DNA of 64,000 bases, from the NCBI RefSeq assembly GCF_001677475.2, contig NZ_CP015229.1; one strand, 5' to 3'. Each line of letters starts with the position of its first letter. Position 1 is the stretch's first letter. Positions 1 to 9,294 of this stretch are shown here, one piece after another. The notes under the pieces are model-generated. The model was not told where the DNA came from. It ran no database searches and saw only the letters and a list, made by a program, of their open reading frames with translations. This DNA is from Escherichia coli (GTDB lineage: Bacteria; Pseudomonadota; Gammaproteobacteria; Enterobacterales; Enterobacteriaceae). A program made the translations under genes and the position numbers.

Positions 1-1256
1 GGACGTCCGGCTGAATTAGGCGAGATGATCGGCGATTTTCTTCATTTGCTGGCGGATGGCGCGTTCTTTTCCGGGACTATTCCCCCGTGGCTGGCAGAAG
101 AAAATACGATCGCCAATATTCAGGGATTGATTGAGGAGCAGCGCAACGCGACGGGCATCGTGCCGGGGAGTCGCCATCTGGTCCTCGAGCGGTGCCGTGA
201 TGAAATTGGCGACTGGCGTATTATTTTGCACTCTCCCTATGGAAGACGGGTGCATGAACCCTGGGCGCTGGCGATTGCCGGGCGAATACATGCCCTATGG
301 GGCGCTGACGCGTCTGTGGTCGCCAGTGATGACGGCATTGTTGCGCGCATTCCTGACACTGATGGTAAATTGCCCGACGCCGCGATTTTTTTGTTTGAAC
401 CAGAAAAGTTGCTGCAAATTGTCCGCGAGGCGGTAGGCAGTTCGGCACTTTTCGCCGCCCGTTTTCGCGAATGCGCCGCGCGGGCATTATTAATGCCGGG
501 GCGCACGCCGGGCCATCGCACCCCGCTTTGGCAACAACGGCTGCGCGCCAGTCAGTTGCTGGAAATCGCTCAGGGATATCCGGATTTTCCGGTCATTCTC
601 GAAACCCTACGCGAATGTCTGCAAGATGTTTATGATCTTCCCGCACTGGAACGTTTGATGCGTCGCCTGAACGGTGGCGAAATTCAAATATCCGATGTAA
701 CGACTACTACGCCCTCGCCTTTCGCCACAAGTTTATTGTTCGGCTATGTCGCGGAATTTATGTACCAGAGCGACGCCCCGCTGGCAGAGCGCCGGGCATC
801 CGTACTGTCGCTGGACAGCGAGTTACTGCGCAATCTACTCGGACAGGTCGATCCGGGGGAATTACTCGACCCGCAGGTCATTCGCCAGGTGGAAGAAGAG
901 TTGCAACGACTGGCTCCTGGCAGAAGAGCGAAAGGTGAAGAAGGATTGTTCGACCTGCTGCGCGAACTGGGGCCAATGACCGTTGAAGACCTGGCGCAAC
1001 GGCATACAGGCAGCAGTGAAGAGATTACGTCGTATCTGGAAAATCTTCTTGCAGTAAAACGAATCTTCCCGACGATGATTAGCGGGCAGGAGCGTCTTGC
1101 CTGTATGGATGATGCCGCCAGGCTGCGCGATGCCCTCGGCGTACGACTACCAGAGTCACTGCCAGAGATTTATTTGCACCGAGTCAGTTACCCGCTTCGC
1201 GACCTCTTTCTGCGCTATCTCCGGGCTCATGCTCTGGTCACGTCTGAACAACTGGC
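1..1256 (+). pseudogene. lhr: lhr (ATP-dependent helicase Lhr), internal segment; 5' end lies upstream of the window, 3' side interrupted by an IS insertion
   Basis: Frame-1 ORF is continuous from position 1; the translation continues seamlessly into the 3667..5159 segment once the IS and one repeat copy are removed. After 1256 the frame runs into IS sequence and stops at 1431. Confidence 0.8.
1250..1256. repeat. Target-site duplication, left copy (AACTGGC; possibly 8 bp AACTGGCT)
   Basis: Identical AACTGGC(T) is found directly outside both ends of the element (1250-1256/7 and 3667-3673/4). Confidence 0.7.
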
Positions 1257-1304
1257 TATTAGACGTCAACTAGTTTTGCCGACTCGCGCCAACTATACTG
1301 GCCG
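1257..1304. repeat. Terminal inverted repeat of the IS (istB-proximal end)
   Basis: TATTAGACGTCAAC...CGCGCCAACTATACTGGCCG matches the reverse complement of 3618..3666 (TATGAGACGACAA...GGCGCCGATTATTCTGGCCGG), with shared motifs TAT.AGACG.CAA and GCGCC.A.TAT.CTGGCCG. Confidence 0.6.
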
Positions 1305-1321
1305 CACCCTTCAGGGCGACA

Positions 1322-2077
1322 TCAAGTCGCGCTTGTTACTGCCTTCGCTGTCTTTTTCCTGTAGCTTTCCCCTTTCAGTTCGAACATATATCCGTGATGG
1401 ATCAGCCTGTCTGCCGCAGCCACCGCCATAGTCTCATCCACGAAGATGCTGCCCCACATGCTGAACGGATGGTTACTGGTTATCACCAGGCTCCCACGTT
1501 CATAGCGATGCGCTATTAACTCGAACAGCACACCCGTTTCGGCACTATCGCGTTTGACATAGCCAAGATCATCCACCACTATCACCCGGTAGCGATCCAG
1601 TTTCAGTAGCAGCTCATTCAGTTTCAACTGAGCTCTGGCTTTACGTAGTTCCTGCAACAGCTCTCCTGCGCTGTAGAACCGGGCCCGGTAGCCCTGACCT
1701 ACTACGCCATCCACGATCGCTGCCGCCAGATGGCTTTTCCCCAACCCGCTGGCTCCGAACAGCAGAACGTTTTCTCCTGCATCAACCCAGTCTGTCGTTT
1801 CACAGAGTTGCCGGAACTGAGCTCCATTCAGTTCCGGCACCTGACTGAAGTCGTATTCGCTCAGCGTTTTGGCAACTGGCAACCGGGCCTCCTTTTTATA
1901 ACGACGCAGTTTTTCACTCTCGCGCCACAGGAGTTCTTCATTGCATAGCGTCAGAAGATAGCGCGATGGTGTCCAGCCTTCTGCCAGCGCTCGTTTTTCC
2001 AGAGCGTGCCATTCAGCTCCAACTCGTGTCAGGCGTAGTTTACGCAGGCTATGTTCAAGGTGATGGATATTGCTCAC
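1322..2077 (-). CDS. istB: IstB-like ATP-binding transposition helper protein (IS21 family)
   Basis: 251 aa ORF with Walker A motif GASGLGKSH and Walker B VIVVDDLGY; start overlaps the istA stop. Confidence 0.9.
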   Translation of the reverse strand: MSNIHHLEHSLRKLRLTRVGAEWHALEKRALAEGWTPSRYLLTLCNEELLWRESEKLRRYKKEARLPVAKTLSEYDFSQVPELNGAQFRQLCETTDWVDAGENVLLFGASGLGKSHLAAAIVDGVVGQGYRARFYSAGELLQELRKARAQLKLNELLLKLDRYRVIVVDDLGYVKRDSAETGVLFELIAHRYERGSLVITSNHPFSMWGSIFVDETMAVAAADRLIHHGYMFELKGESYRKKTAKAVTSAT

Positions 2078-3573
2078 TGCGAACCTCCCTTGCCACGCAG
2101 TAGTTGCTCATAACTGCTCAGGTTATGCTGTATCACATTGACTACCGGCAACGCCTTTTCTTTTATACCCAGGAAGCGCATCAGCCGGTGCAGATCCACG
2201 TTTCCCGGGGTATTCAGCATCTGCTCCATACCTTTTGCCACGACTGAGATATCGTCGTATCCTGCAGCCAGTTTCAGGGCATGTACCATCAGCCTTCCTG
2301 CCATATCGGGCTCCAGATGATTACATAAGCGACGCCACAGCCTCCGCCATTCATCGTCCGGCAGGATGTCATTTCTCAGCGTTGCATGGCAGAACGCACC
2401 GGGCTTTTTTGCCAGACTGTCGATCACATGTCGGAAGTCGATACGACGGGCCCGCGTCTTCCCTTTTTCTGGTCTGACGCGAGGGCAGCTCATGACCTCG
2501 CTGCTGCCAACGTAACAGCTCAGACGATCGTCCCATAACCTGACCCGTAACAGTTGACCTACAAGCCGGGAAGGTACGCTGTAGACGACGTGCTTCACAT
2601 TGATGGTACTGCTGCGACTAACCCTCACAGTCAGCTCATCATAGTCAGCACTGCGACGAAGCGGCAGCGGTTTCAGATGAAGACGTTCTTCCTTGACCAG
2701 ATCCTGATTGTTACGGTTGTGCCGCATAACCTGCTGAGTGATGAAGGCCTGATATTCTTCTATGGTGCTGAAGTCGTTACTGCCCCGCAGTATCAGCGCC
2801 TGACAGATACGCCTTTTCAGATGTCCGTGGGCACTTTCAACCGAGCCATTTTCGTGGCCCCGACCGGCATTATTGTGTACGCCCTGCATTCCGTAGTGCT
2901 GACAGAGAGTAGCATAACGCTCAGTCAGCTCGCGGCGTCCATCTTCGCCCTGTTGTTTCCATGCTGCCCTCAGGCTGTCCGTTTTATGTTCTACCGGCAC
3001 TCCGCCCAGTTGTCCGAGGGCTTCCTGCAGGCCTTCAGCCAGAGCAGAGAAGCTCTCACCACCCAGAACAACCCGCATCCAGCTCCAGTGGCTCCATTCC
3101 AGACGGAAGTGATACAACTTATGCGCCAACAACTTACCGGCGATGGTGACAACTACACCTTTCAGTTCAGTAAAGTCCGACAGGCCTCGCAGGCCGGGCT
3201 GATGTTGCTGGCGGAACATGACCTCCTGCTCTGTACCATACTGTAGTTTCCATTCGCGAACCCGCCGTTGCATTGTTCTTCGAAGGCTGTTGGGGTACTG
3301 GCCGGGATATTTATCCTGTAGCATCTCCAGTAGAGTTGTTGGTGTCAGAGCCGGCCTCTCTTTCAACAGAGGAACAAGCATGCTGTCCCACACAGCTTCC
3401 AGAGGATCTTTGCGTGTGCGCCAGTGCCGAACACTGTTTTTTGCCCACTCTCCTTTTTCGATCCGACGACCAGAACGGACTGAGATACCAGCCTTCATGG
3501 CCGAGATATGCTGAGTTATACCTTTCTTACGCTGAGTCATATAGTAACTGACCTGAGAAGTATTGAGCGTCAC
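2074..3573 (-). CDS. istA: IstA transposase (IS21 family), GTG start
   Basis: 499 aa ORF with N-terminal helix-turn-helix-like region and DDE-type integrase-like core; the istA-istB tandem is diagnostic for IS21-family elements. Confidence 0.9.
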   Translation of the reverse strand: MTLNTSQVSYYMTQRKKGITQHISAMKAGISVRSGRRIEKGEWAKNSVRHWRTRKDPLEAVWDSMLVPLLKERPALTPTTLLEMLQDKYPGQYPNSLRRTMQRRVREWKLQYGTEQEVMFRQQHQPGLRGLSDFTELKGVVVTIAGKLLAHKLYHFRLEWSHWSWMRVVLGGESFSALAEGLQEALGQLGGVPVEHKTDSLRAAWKQQGEDGRRELTERYATLCQHYGMQGVHNNAGRGHENGSVESAHGHLKRRICQALILRGSNDFSTIEEYQAFITQQVMRHNRNNQDLVKEERLHLKPLPLRRSADYDELTVRVSRSSTINVKHVVYSVPSRLVGQLLRVRLWDDRLSCYVGSSEVMSCPRVRPEKGKTRARRIDFRHVIDSLAKKPGAFCHATLRNDILPDDEWRRLWRRLCNHLEPDMAGRLMVHALKLAAGYDDISVVAKGMEQMLNTPGNVDLHRLMRFLGIKEKALPVVNVIQHNLSSYEQLLRGKGGSQ

Positions 3574-3617
3574 GCCATTTCCTGTTGGATCATGTAAATG
3601 ACACTCAGGTTACAAAA

Positions 3618-3666
3618 CCGGCCAGAATAATCGGCGCCAGGCGGACTGAGTTATTGTCGTCTCATA
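3618..3666. repeat. Terminal inverted repeat of the IS (istA-proximal end)
   Basis: Reverse complement aligns with 1257..1304. Confidence 0.6.
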
Positions 3667-3673
3667 AACTGGC
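3667..3673. repeat. Target-site duplication, right copy (AACTGGC)
   Basis: Direct repeat of 1250..1256 immediately after the IS end. Confidence 0.7.
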
Positions 3674-5159
3674 TCATGAGTTTAGTCTCGGTATTGCCAT
3701 TGTCGAAGAGCAACTTCAGCAACTGCGCGAACAAGGGCTGGTGATGAATCTGCAACAAGACATCTGGGTGAGCGATGAAGTATTTCGTCGTCTGCGTTTG
3801 CGCTCGCTGCATGCCGCCAGAGAAGCGACGCGTCCCGTTGCGGCCACGACCTATGCGCGATTGCTGCTGGAACGTCAGGGCGTATTACCCGCCACCGATG
3901 GTAGCCCGGCACTCTTTGCCTCAACATCGCCAGGCGTTTATGAGGGCGTGGATGGCGTGATGCGGGTGATCGAACAGCTTGCTGGCGTTGGTTTACCCGC
4001 CTCACTCTGGGAAAGCCAGATCCTGCCTGCCCGCGTACGCGACTATTCGCCAGAAATGCTCGATGAATTACTGGCAACCGGTGCGGTTATCTGGTCGGGG
4101 CAAAAAAAGCTGGGTGAAGATGACGGTCTGGTGGCACTGCATCTACAGGAATATGCCGCAGAATCGTTCACTCCCGCCGAAGCAGATCAGGCGAATCGTT
4201 CGGCGCTGCAGCAAGCGATAATCGCTGTTCTGGCTGACGGAGGAGCCTGGTTTGCACAACAAATCAGCCAACGGATACGCGATAAAATCGGCGAATCGGT
4301 TGATCCCTCGGCTCTGCAAGAGGCGTTATGGGCGCTGGTCTGGCAAGGCGTCATTACCAGCGACATTTGGGCACCGTTACGCGCCCTCACCCGTAGCAGT
4401 TTCAACGCACGCACCTCAACTCGCCGCAGTCACCGGACTCGTCGTGGGCGTCCTGTCTATGCACAACCCGTCTCGCCGCGGGTATTTTACAACACACCAA
4501 ATCTGGCTGGACGCTGGTCGTTATTGCAGGTGGAGCCACTAAACGATACCGAAAGGATGCTGGCGCTGGCGGAAAATATGCTCGACCGCTACGGCATCAT
4601 CAGTCGTCAGGCGGTGATAGCCGAAAATATCCCTGGTGGGTTTCCATCGATGCAAACGCTTTGTCGAAGTATGGAAGACTCCGGGCGAATTATGCGAGGT
4701 CGTTTTGTAGAAGGTCTGGGTGGCGCGCAATTCGCTGAACGTCTGACTATTGACCGATTGCGCGATCTGGCGACACAAGCCACGCAAACGCGCCACTATA
4801 CACCAGTGGCGCTCTCTGCCAACGATCCGGCTAATGCATGGGGAAATCTTCTGCCCTGGCCTGCACATCCGGCAACGCTGATACCAACGCGTCGGGCGGG
4901 TGCGCTGGTGGTCGTTTCTGGCGGCAAATTGTTACTCTATCTGGCGCAAGGTGGCAAAAAAATGCTGGTCTGGCAGGAAAAAGAGGAATTACTCGCTCCA
5001 GAGATTTTCCACGCGCTGACTACCGCACTGCGTCGCGAACCACGGCTGCGCTTTACGCTAACAGAAGTGAATGACCTACCGGTCCGGCAAACGCCGATGT
5101 TTACGCTGCTGCGTGAGGCGGGATTTTCAAGTTCGCCACAAGGGCTGGATTGGGGATAG
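3667..5159 (+). pseudogene. lhr: lhr, 3' segment (C-terminal roughly 497 codons) downstream of the IS insertion
   Basis: In-frame continuation of Lhr; the track ORF 3585..5159 begins at a TTG inside the IS end, so there is no native start codon. Confidence 0.8.
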
Positions 5160-5166
5160 AGAAAGG

Positions 5167-5196
5167 ACTGACGGATGCCCGTTCGCATCCGTCAGT
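5167..5196. terminator. Perfect 12-bp-stem hairpin between convergent lhr and grxD (putative bidirectional terminator)
   Basis: ACTGACGGATGC-ccgttc-GCATCCGTCAGT lies between the lhr stop (5159) and the grxD stop (5210); no strong U-tract on either side. Confidence 0.45.
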
Positions 5197-5209
5197 ATTG
5201 CAGGACGGA

Positions 5210-5557
5210 TTATTCAGCGTCCGGCTCTTCAGACTTGTATTTAGCGGCAGTTTCTTTGATCAGCTGCTGCAGTTCGCCACGCTGATACATTTCGATCACG
5301 ATATCACAACCGCCGACCAGCTCGCCGTCAACCCACAGTTGCGGGAAGGTCGGCCAGTTAGCATATTTCGGCAGTTCCGCACGAATGTCCGGATTCTGCA
5401 GGATATCAACATAGGCAAAACGTTCGCCACATGCGGCAAGCGCCTGGACTGCCTGGGCAGAGAAACCGCAGCTCGGCAGTTTCGGTGAACCTTTCATGTA
5501 CAGCAGGATCGGGTTTTCAGCAATCTGGCGTTGGATTTTTTCGATAGTGGTGCTCAT
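5210..5557 (-). CDS. grxD: Monothiol glutaredoxin Grx4
   Basis: 115 aa with CGFS active-site motif (PSCGFS); GAGGAA ribosome-binding site upstream. Confidence 0.95.
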   Translation of the reverse strand: MSTTIEKIQRQIAENPILLYMKGSPKLPSCGFSAQAVQALAACGERFAYVDILQNPDIRAELPKYANWPTFPQLWVDGELVGGCDIVIEMYQRGELQQLIKETAAKYKSEEPDAE

Positions 5558-5891
5558 TGTCTTGCTTCCTCAAACTTCTTTACGGCAGTAATCTGACATT
5601 GTAGCGGGTCAGTGCGGCATCGGGAAATAACATTTTCATCACGCTTTTGCTATTTTATCCCTTTGCTCTAATTGTTGCATTTCAAATATTCGTTTCTTCC
5701 CTGACGCAAGGCAAACTGGCGTATTTATGACCATTTTTAGCTTTCACTGCTGCATTTTTTTGCGCTCGCCGACGAAACGTATTTTTTAACAATAAAAGCT
5801 ATTAACTTTCTCTTCTTCTATGCATTAGAATTATCAAGTTTTGTAAATCAGACGCAGGCATGATAGACCTGCCTTAACAGAGGGACGCTCA

Positions 5892-6719
5892 GTGGCGCGG
5901 ATAAACCGTATTTCGATCACGCTCTGTGCTTTACTTTTTACCACCCTGCCTTTAACGCCTATGGCCCATGCTTCAAAGCAAGCCAGGGAGAGTTCTGCTA
6001 CTACTCATATCACCAAAAAAGCAGATAAAAAGAAAAGCACGGCAACCACCAAAAAGACCCAGAAAGCCAGCCAGAAAACAGCGAAAAAAGCCGCCAGTAA
6101 AAGTACGATCAAAAGCAAAACCGCTTCTTCCGTTAAAAAATCTTCCATTACCGCTTCTAAAAACGCCAAAACTCGCAGCAAACACGCCGTCAATAAAACG
6201 GCCTCAGCCAACTTTACCGAAAAGTGTACCAAACGTAAGGGCTATAAATCGCATTGTGTGAAAGTCAAAAATGCCGCGTCAGGAACCCTTGCCGACGCGC
6301 ACAAAGCGAAGGTGCAAAAAGCCACGAAAGTGGCAATGAATAAACTGATGCAGCAAATTGGTAAGCCATATCGTTGGGGCGGCAGCTCACCGCGTACCGG
6401 TTTTGATTGCAGCGGCCTGGTTTATTACGCTTATAAAGATTTGGTGAAAATTCGTATTCCGCGTACGGCGAATGAAATGTATCACCTGCGAGATGCAGCG
6501 CCAATCGAACGTAGTGAACTGAAAAACGGCGACCTGGTCTTTTTCCGTACTCAGGGACGCGGTACAGCCGATCATGTCGGCGTATATGTCGGCAACGGCA
6601 AATTTATTCAGTCACCGCGTACGGGTCAGGAAATTCAAATCACTTCTCTCAGTGAAGACTACTGGCAGCGCCACTATGTTGGCGCTCGCCGGGTAATGAC
6701 CCCAAAAACACTTCGCTAA
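5892..6719 (+). CDS. mepH: NlpC/P60-family peptidoglycan DD-endopeptidase MepH (YdhO); GTG start, start position uncertain
   Basis: Signal peptide, Lys/Ala/Ser/Thr-rich low-complexity linker, C-terminal NlpC/P60 domain (DCSGLV ... H). Confidence 0.9.
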   Translation: MARINRISITLCALLFTTLPLTPMAHASKQARESSATTHITKKADKKKSTATTKKTQKASQKTAKKAASKSTIKSKTASSVKKSSITASKNAKTRSKHAVNKTASANFTEKCTKRKGYKSHCVKVKNAASGTLADAHKAKVQKATKVAMNKLMQQIGKPYRWGGSSPRTGFDCSGLVYYAYKDLVKIRIPRTANEMYHLRDAAPIERSELKNGDLVFFRTQGRGTADHVGVYVGNGKFIQSPRTGQEIQITSLSEDYWQRHYVGARRVMTPKTLR

Positions 6720-6846
6720 AACTTTACCCTGTTGTTACGGCAACAGGGTAAGTTCATCTTTTGTCTCACCTTTTAATTTGCTACCCTATCCATACGCACA
6801 ATAAGGCTATTGTACGTATGCAAATTAATAATAAAGGAGAGTAGCA

Positions 6847-7428
6847 ATGTCATTCGAATTACCTGCACTACCATATGCTAAAGATGCTCTGGCACCGCAC
6901 ATTTCTGCAGAAACCATCGAGTATCACTACGGCAAGCATCATCAGACTTATGTCACTAACCTGAACAACCTGATCAAAGGTACCGCGTTTGAAGGTAAAT
7001 CACTGGAAGAGATTATTCGCAGCTCTGAAGGTGGCGTATTCAACAACGCAGCTCAGGTCTGGAACCATACTTTCTACTGGAACTGCCTGGCACCGAACGC
7101 CGGTGGCGAACCGACTGGAAAAGTCGCTGAAGCTATCGCCGCATCTTTTGGCAGCTTTGCCGATTTCAAAGCTCAGTTTACTGATGCAGCGATCAAAAAC
7201 TTTGGTTCTGGCTGGACCTGGCTGGTGAAAAACAGCGATGGCAAACTGGCTATCGTTTCAACCTCTAACGCGGGTACTCCACTGACCACCGATGCGACTC
7301 CGCTGCTGACCGTTGATGTCTGGGAACACGCTTATTACATCGACTATCGCAATGCACGTCCTGGCTATCTGGAGCACTTCTGGGCTCTGGTGAACTGGGA
7401 GTTCGTAGCGAAAAATCTCGCTGCATAA
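6847..7428 (+). CDS. sodB: Iron superoxide dismutase
   Basis: 193 aa Fe/Mn SOD family; strong ribosome-binding site AGGAGAG upstream. Confidence 0.97.
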   Translation: MSFELPALPYAKDALAPHISAETIEYHYGKHHQTYVTNLNNLIKGTAFEGKSLEEIIRSSEGGVFNNAAQVWNHTFYWNCLAPNAGGEPTGKVAEAIAASFGSFADFKAQFTDAAIKNFGSGWTWLVKNSDGKLAIVSTSNAGTPLTTDATPLLTVDVWEHAYYIDYRNARPGYLEHFWALVNWEFVAKNLAA

Positions 7429-7537
7429 TAACTGATGGCAAATGCAACATTGCCTGATGCGCTTTGCTCCATGCCAACACGGATGAGTCGTTAACACCGC
7501 ATCCGGCAAGATAAATCGCACGTTGTCAGCAACTGTA

Positions 7538-7569
7538 ACGCAGAAGGTTATCCTTCTGCGTTTTTGTTT
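7538..7569 (+). terminator. Rho-independent terminator after sodB
   Basis: ACGCAGAAGG-ttat-CCTTCTGCGT followed by TTTTTGTTT; lies between sodB and convergent ydhP. Confidence 0.8.
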
Positions 7570-7571
7570 AA

Positions 7572-8741
7572 TTAGCTGTTGGCAACGCAAACTGTTTCAG
7601 GTTGTTTTCTGGCTGACATAAACACCAGCAATAATGCCAGTCCCGCGACAATCGCCCCCATCACCGGCACAAAGCTGTATCCCAGCCCAGCGGAAATTAC
7701 CGCACCACCAGCAGCTGCTCCCAGCGCATTTCCAAGATTAAAGGCACCAATATTGACTGATGAAGACAGACCTGGCGCTTCACTGGCGACACGCATCACG
7801 CGCATCTGTAACGGCGGTACGACCGCAAAGGTTGCAGCGCCCCACACCACCATGCTAATAGCTGCGCCGAACTCATTGCGGGCCAGGAACGGGATTGCCA
7901 GCATAATCACCATCAGCAGCAACAAAAAGCCTTTCAACGTGCCGTTAACTGAACGATCTGCCAGTTTGCCGCCGAGATAGTTACCGATAGAGAATCCGAC
8001 ACCAATCAGCACCAGCATTGCCGTGACGAACACCGGCGTTGCGTGGGTAATGCTTTGCAGTACCGGAGAGATATAGGTGTAGAGGGTAAACATTGCACCA
8101 GCTCCCAGTACCGTCGTCAGCAATGCAGACAGCACCTGCGGACGCATTAATACCGCCAGCTCTTTTTTCACTTCAGGTCGCGCCCCTGCTCCACCTTTAG
8201 GTAATGAGAAGAACAGACTTACCATTGAAATCACGCCCAGCCCCGCCGTTGCCAGAAATGACATCCGCCAGCCGATGGTTTCGCCCAACCAGGTCGCTGC
8301 CGGAACGCCACCGATATTTGCCAGGGTTAACCCCATAAACATAGTGGCAACTGCGCTGGCCTGTTTATGTTTTGGCACCACGCTTGCGGCCACAACTGAA
8401 CCCAAACCAAAAAATGCTCCGTGATTCAGGCTGGTCAAAATGCGTGAAAGCATGAGAGTCATATAATCCGGCGCGATGGCGGAAAGTACGTTGCCGAGCG
8501 TGAAAATCGCCATCAGGAAAATCAACGCACTGCGGCGAGCACGATGAGAAAGTAGAAGCGTCATCAGCGGCGCGCCAACCATTACGCCAACTGCATAGGC
8601 ACTGATTAACATTCCGGCAGCGGGAATCGAGACATCCACACCGCGCGCAATGACGGGCAATAAGCCCATTGGCGAGAACTCCGTTGTCCCGATACCAAAC
8701 GCGCCAATCGCCAGCGCCAGCAACGGATAGTTAATTTTCAT
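7572..8741 (-). CDS. ydhP: MFS transporter YdhP
   Basis: 389 aa hydrophobic multi-span protein of the major facilitator superfamily. Confidence 0.93.
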   Translation of the reverse strand: MKINYPLLALAIGAFGIGTTEFSPMGLLPVIARGVDVSIPAAGMLISAYAVGVMVGAPLMTLLLSHRARRSALIFLMAIFTLGNVLSAIAPDYMTLMLSRILTSLNHGAFFGLGSVVAASVVPKHKQASAVATMFMGLTLANIGGVPAATWLGETIGWRMSFLATAGLGVISMVSLFFSLPKGGAGARPEVKKELAVLMRPQVLSALLTTVLGAGAMFTLYTYISPVLQSITHATPVFVTAMLVLIGVGFSIGNYLGGKLADRSVNGTLKGFLLLLMVIMLAIPFLARNEFGAAISMVVWGAATFAVVPPLQMRVMRVASEAPGLSSSVNIGAFNLGNALGAAAGGAVISAGLGYSFVPVMGAIVAGLALLLVFMSARKQPETVCVANS

Positions 8742-8906
8742 GCCTTATCTCCACCTCTTCGCGTCATTACGCGATATTCATTAAAGTGGCGAAAGCATGA
8801 CAGCAATCACAAAAAAATGAAAATAACAAAAAGAGAAAACACTTTTGCCATTTTGCTAACAAACAGGAAAGAGAGGCGAGGGAGAACGCGCTCCCTCGAG
8901 AGGAAA

Positions 8907-8996
8907 TCAGTGCAGCGCGGCAGTCAAACCCACGGCCACGATCAAACCGAGGACGATAATCGTTGTTACCAGTGAAAATTTAAGGTCGGTGCTCAT
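8907..8996 (-). CDS. ynhF: Small membrane protein YnhF (29 aa)
   Basis: ATG...TGA encoding MSTDLKFSLVTTIIVLGLIVAVGLTAALH, a single transmembrane helix; not present in the supplied ORF track because it is too short. Confidence 0.75.
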   Translation of the reverse strand: MSTDLKFSLVTTIIVLGLIVAVGLTAALH

Positions 8997-9234
8997 CAAG
9001 TTTTCTCCTTTTTTATTACCACACAAAAAGTGATATTACGCATTTTTACACACTGTGATGAAAAAATCTCCCGTCATTTATAATGATAAGTGTTTTTACC
9101 ACTTCCCCTTTTCGTCAAGATCGGCCAAAATTCCACGCTTACACTATTTGCGTACTGGCCATTGACCCCTTCCTGACGCTCCGTGTCGTTTTTCCGGCGT
9201 ACCGCAACACTTTTGTTGTGCGTAAGGTGTGTAA

Positions 9235-9250
9235 AGGCAAACGTTTACCT
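9235..9250. promoter_or_regulatory. PurR operator (PUR box) in the purR leader
   Basis: AGGCAAACGTTTACCT matches the 16-bp PUR box palindrome (ACGCAAACGTTTGCGT type). Confidence 0.7.
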
Positions 9251-9294
9251 TGCGATTTTGCAGGAGCTGAAGTTAGGGTCTGGAGTGAAATGGA

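Larger units (their letters stand above)
1257..3666 (-). mobile_element. IS21-family insertion sequence (istA-istB), about 2.41 kb, inserted in lhr
   Basis: Two overlapping minus-strand ORFs with the typical IS21 layout (istA stop overlaps istB start, 2074-2077); imperfect terminal inverted repeats; flanking direct repeat; lhr frame restored on excision. Ends are accurate to about 2 bp. Confidence 0.85.

Noticed and set aside
2554-3246. 230-aa plus-strand ORF inside the IS, antisense to istA.
   Set aside because: IS21-family elements encode only istA and istB; this ORF has no ribosome-binding site or domain signal.
7452-7510. Possible REP-like element after sodB (TGCCTGATGCG … CGCATCCGGCA inverted pair).
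   Set aside because: The match to the REP consensus is partial and the arms are imperfect; it cannot be distinguished from chance symmetry without a repeat-library search.
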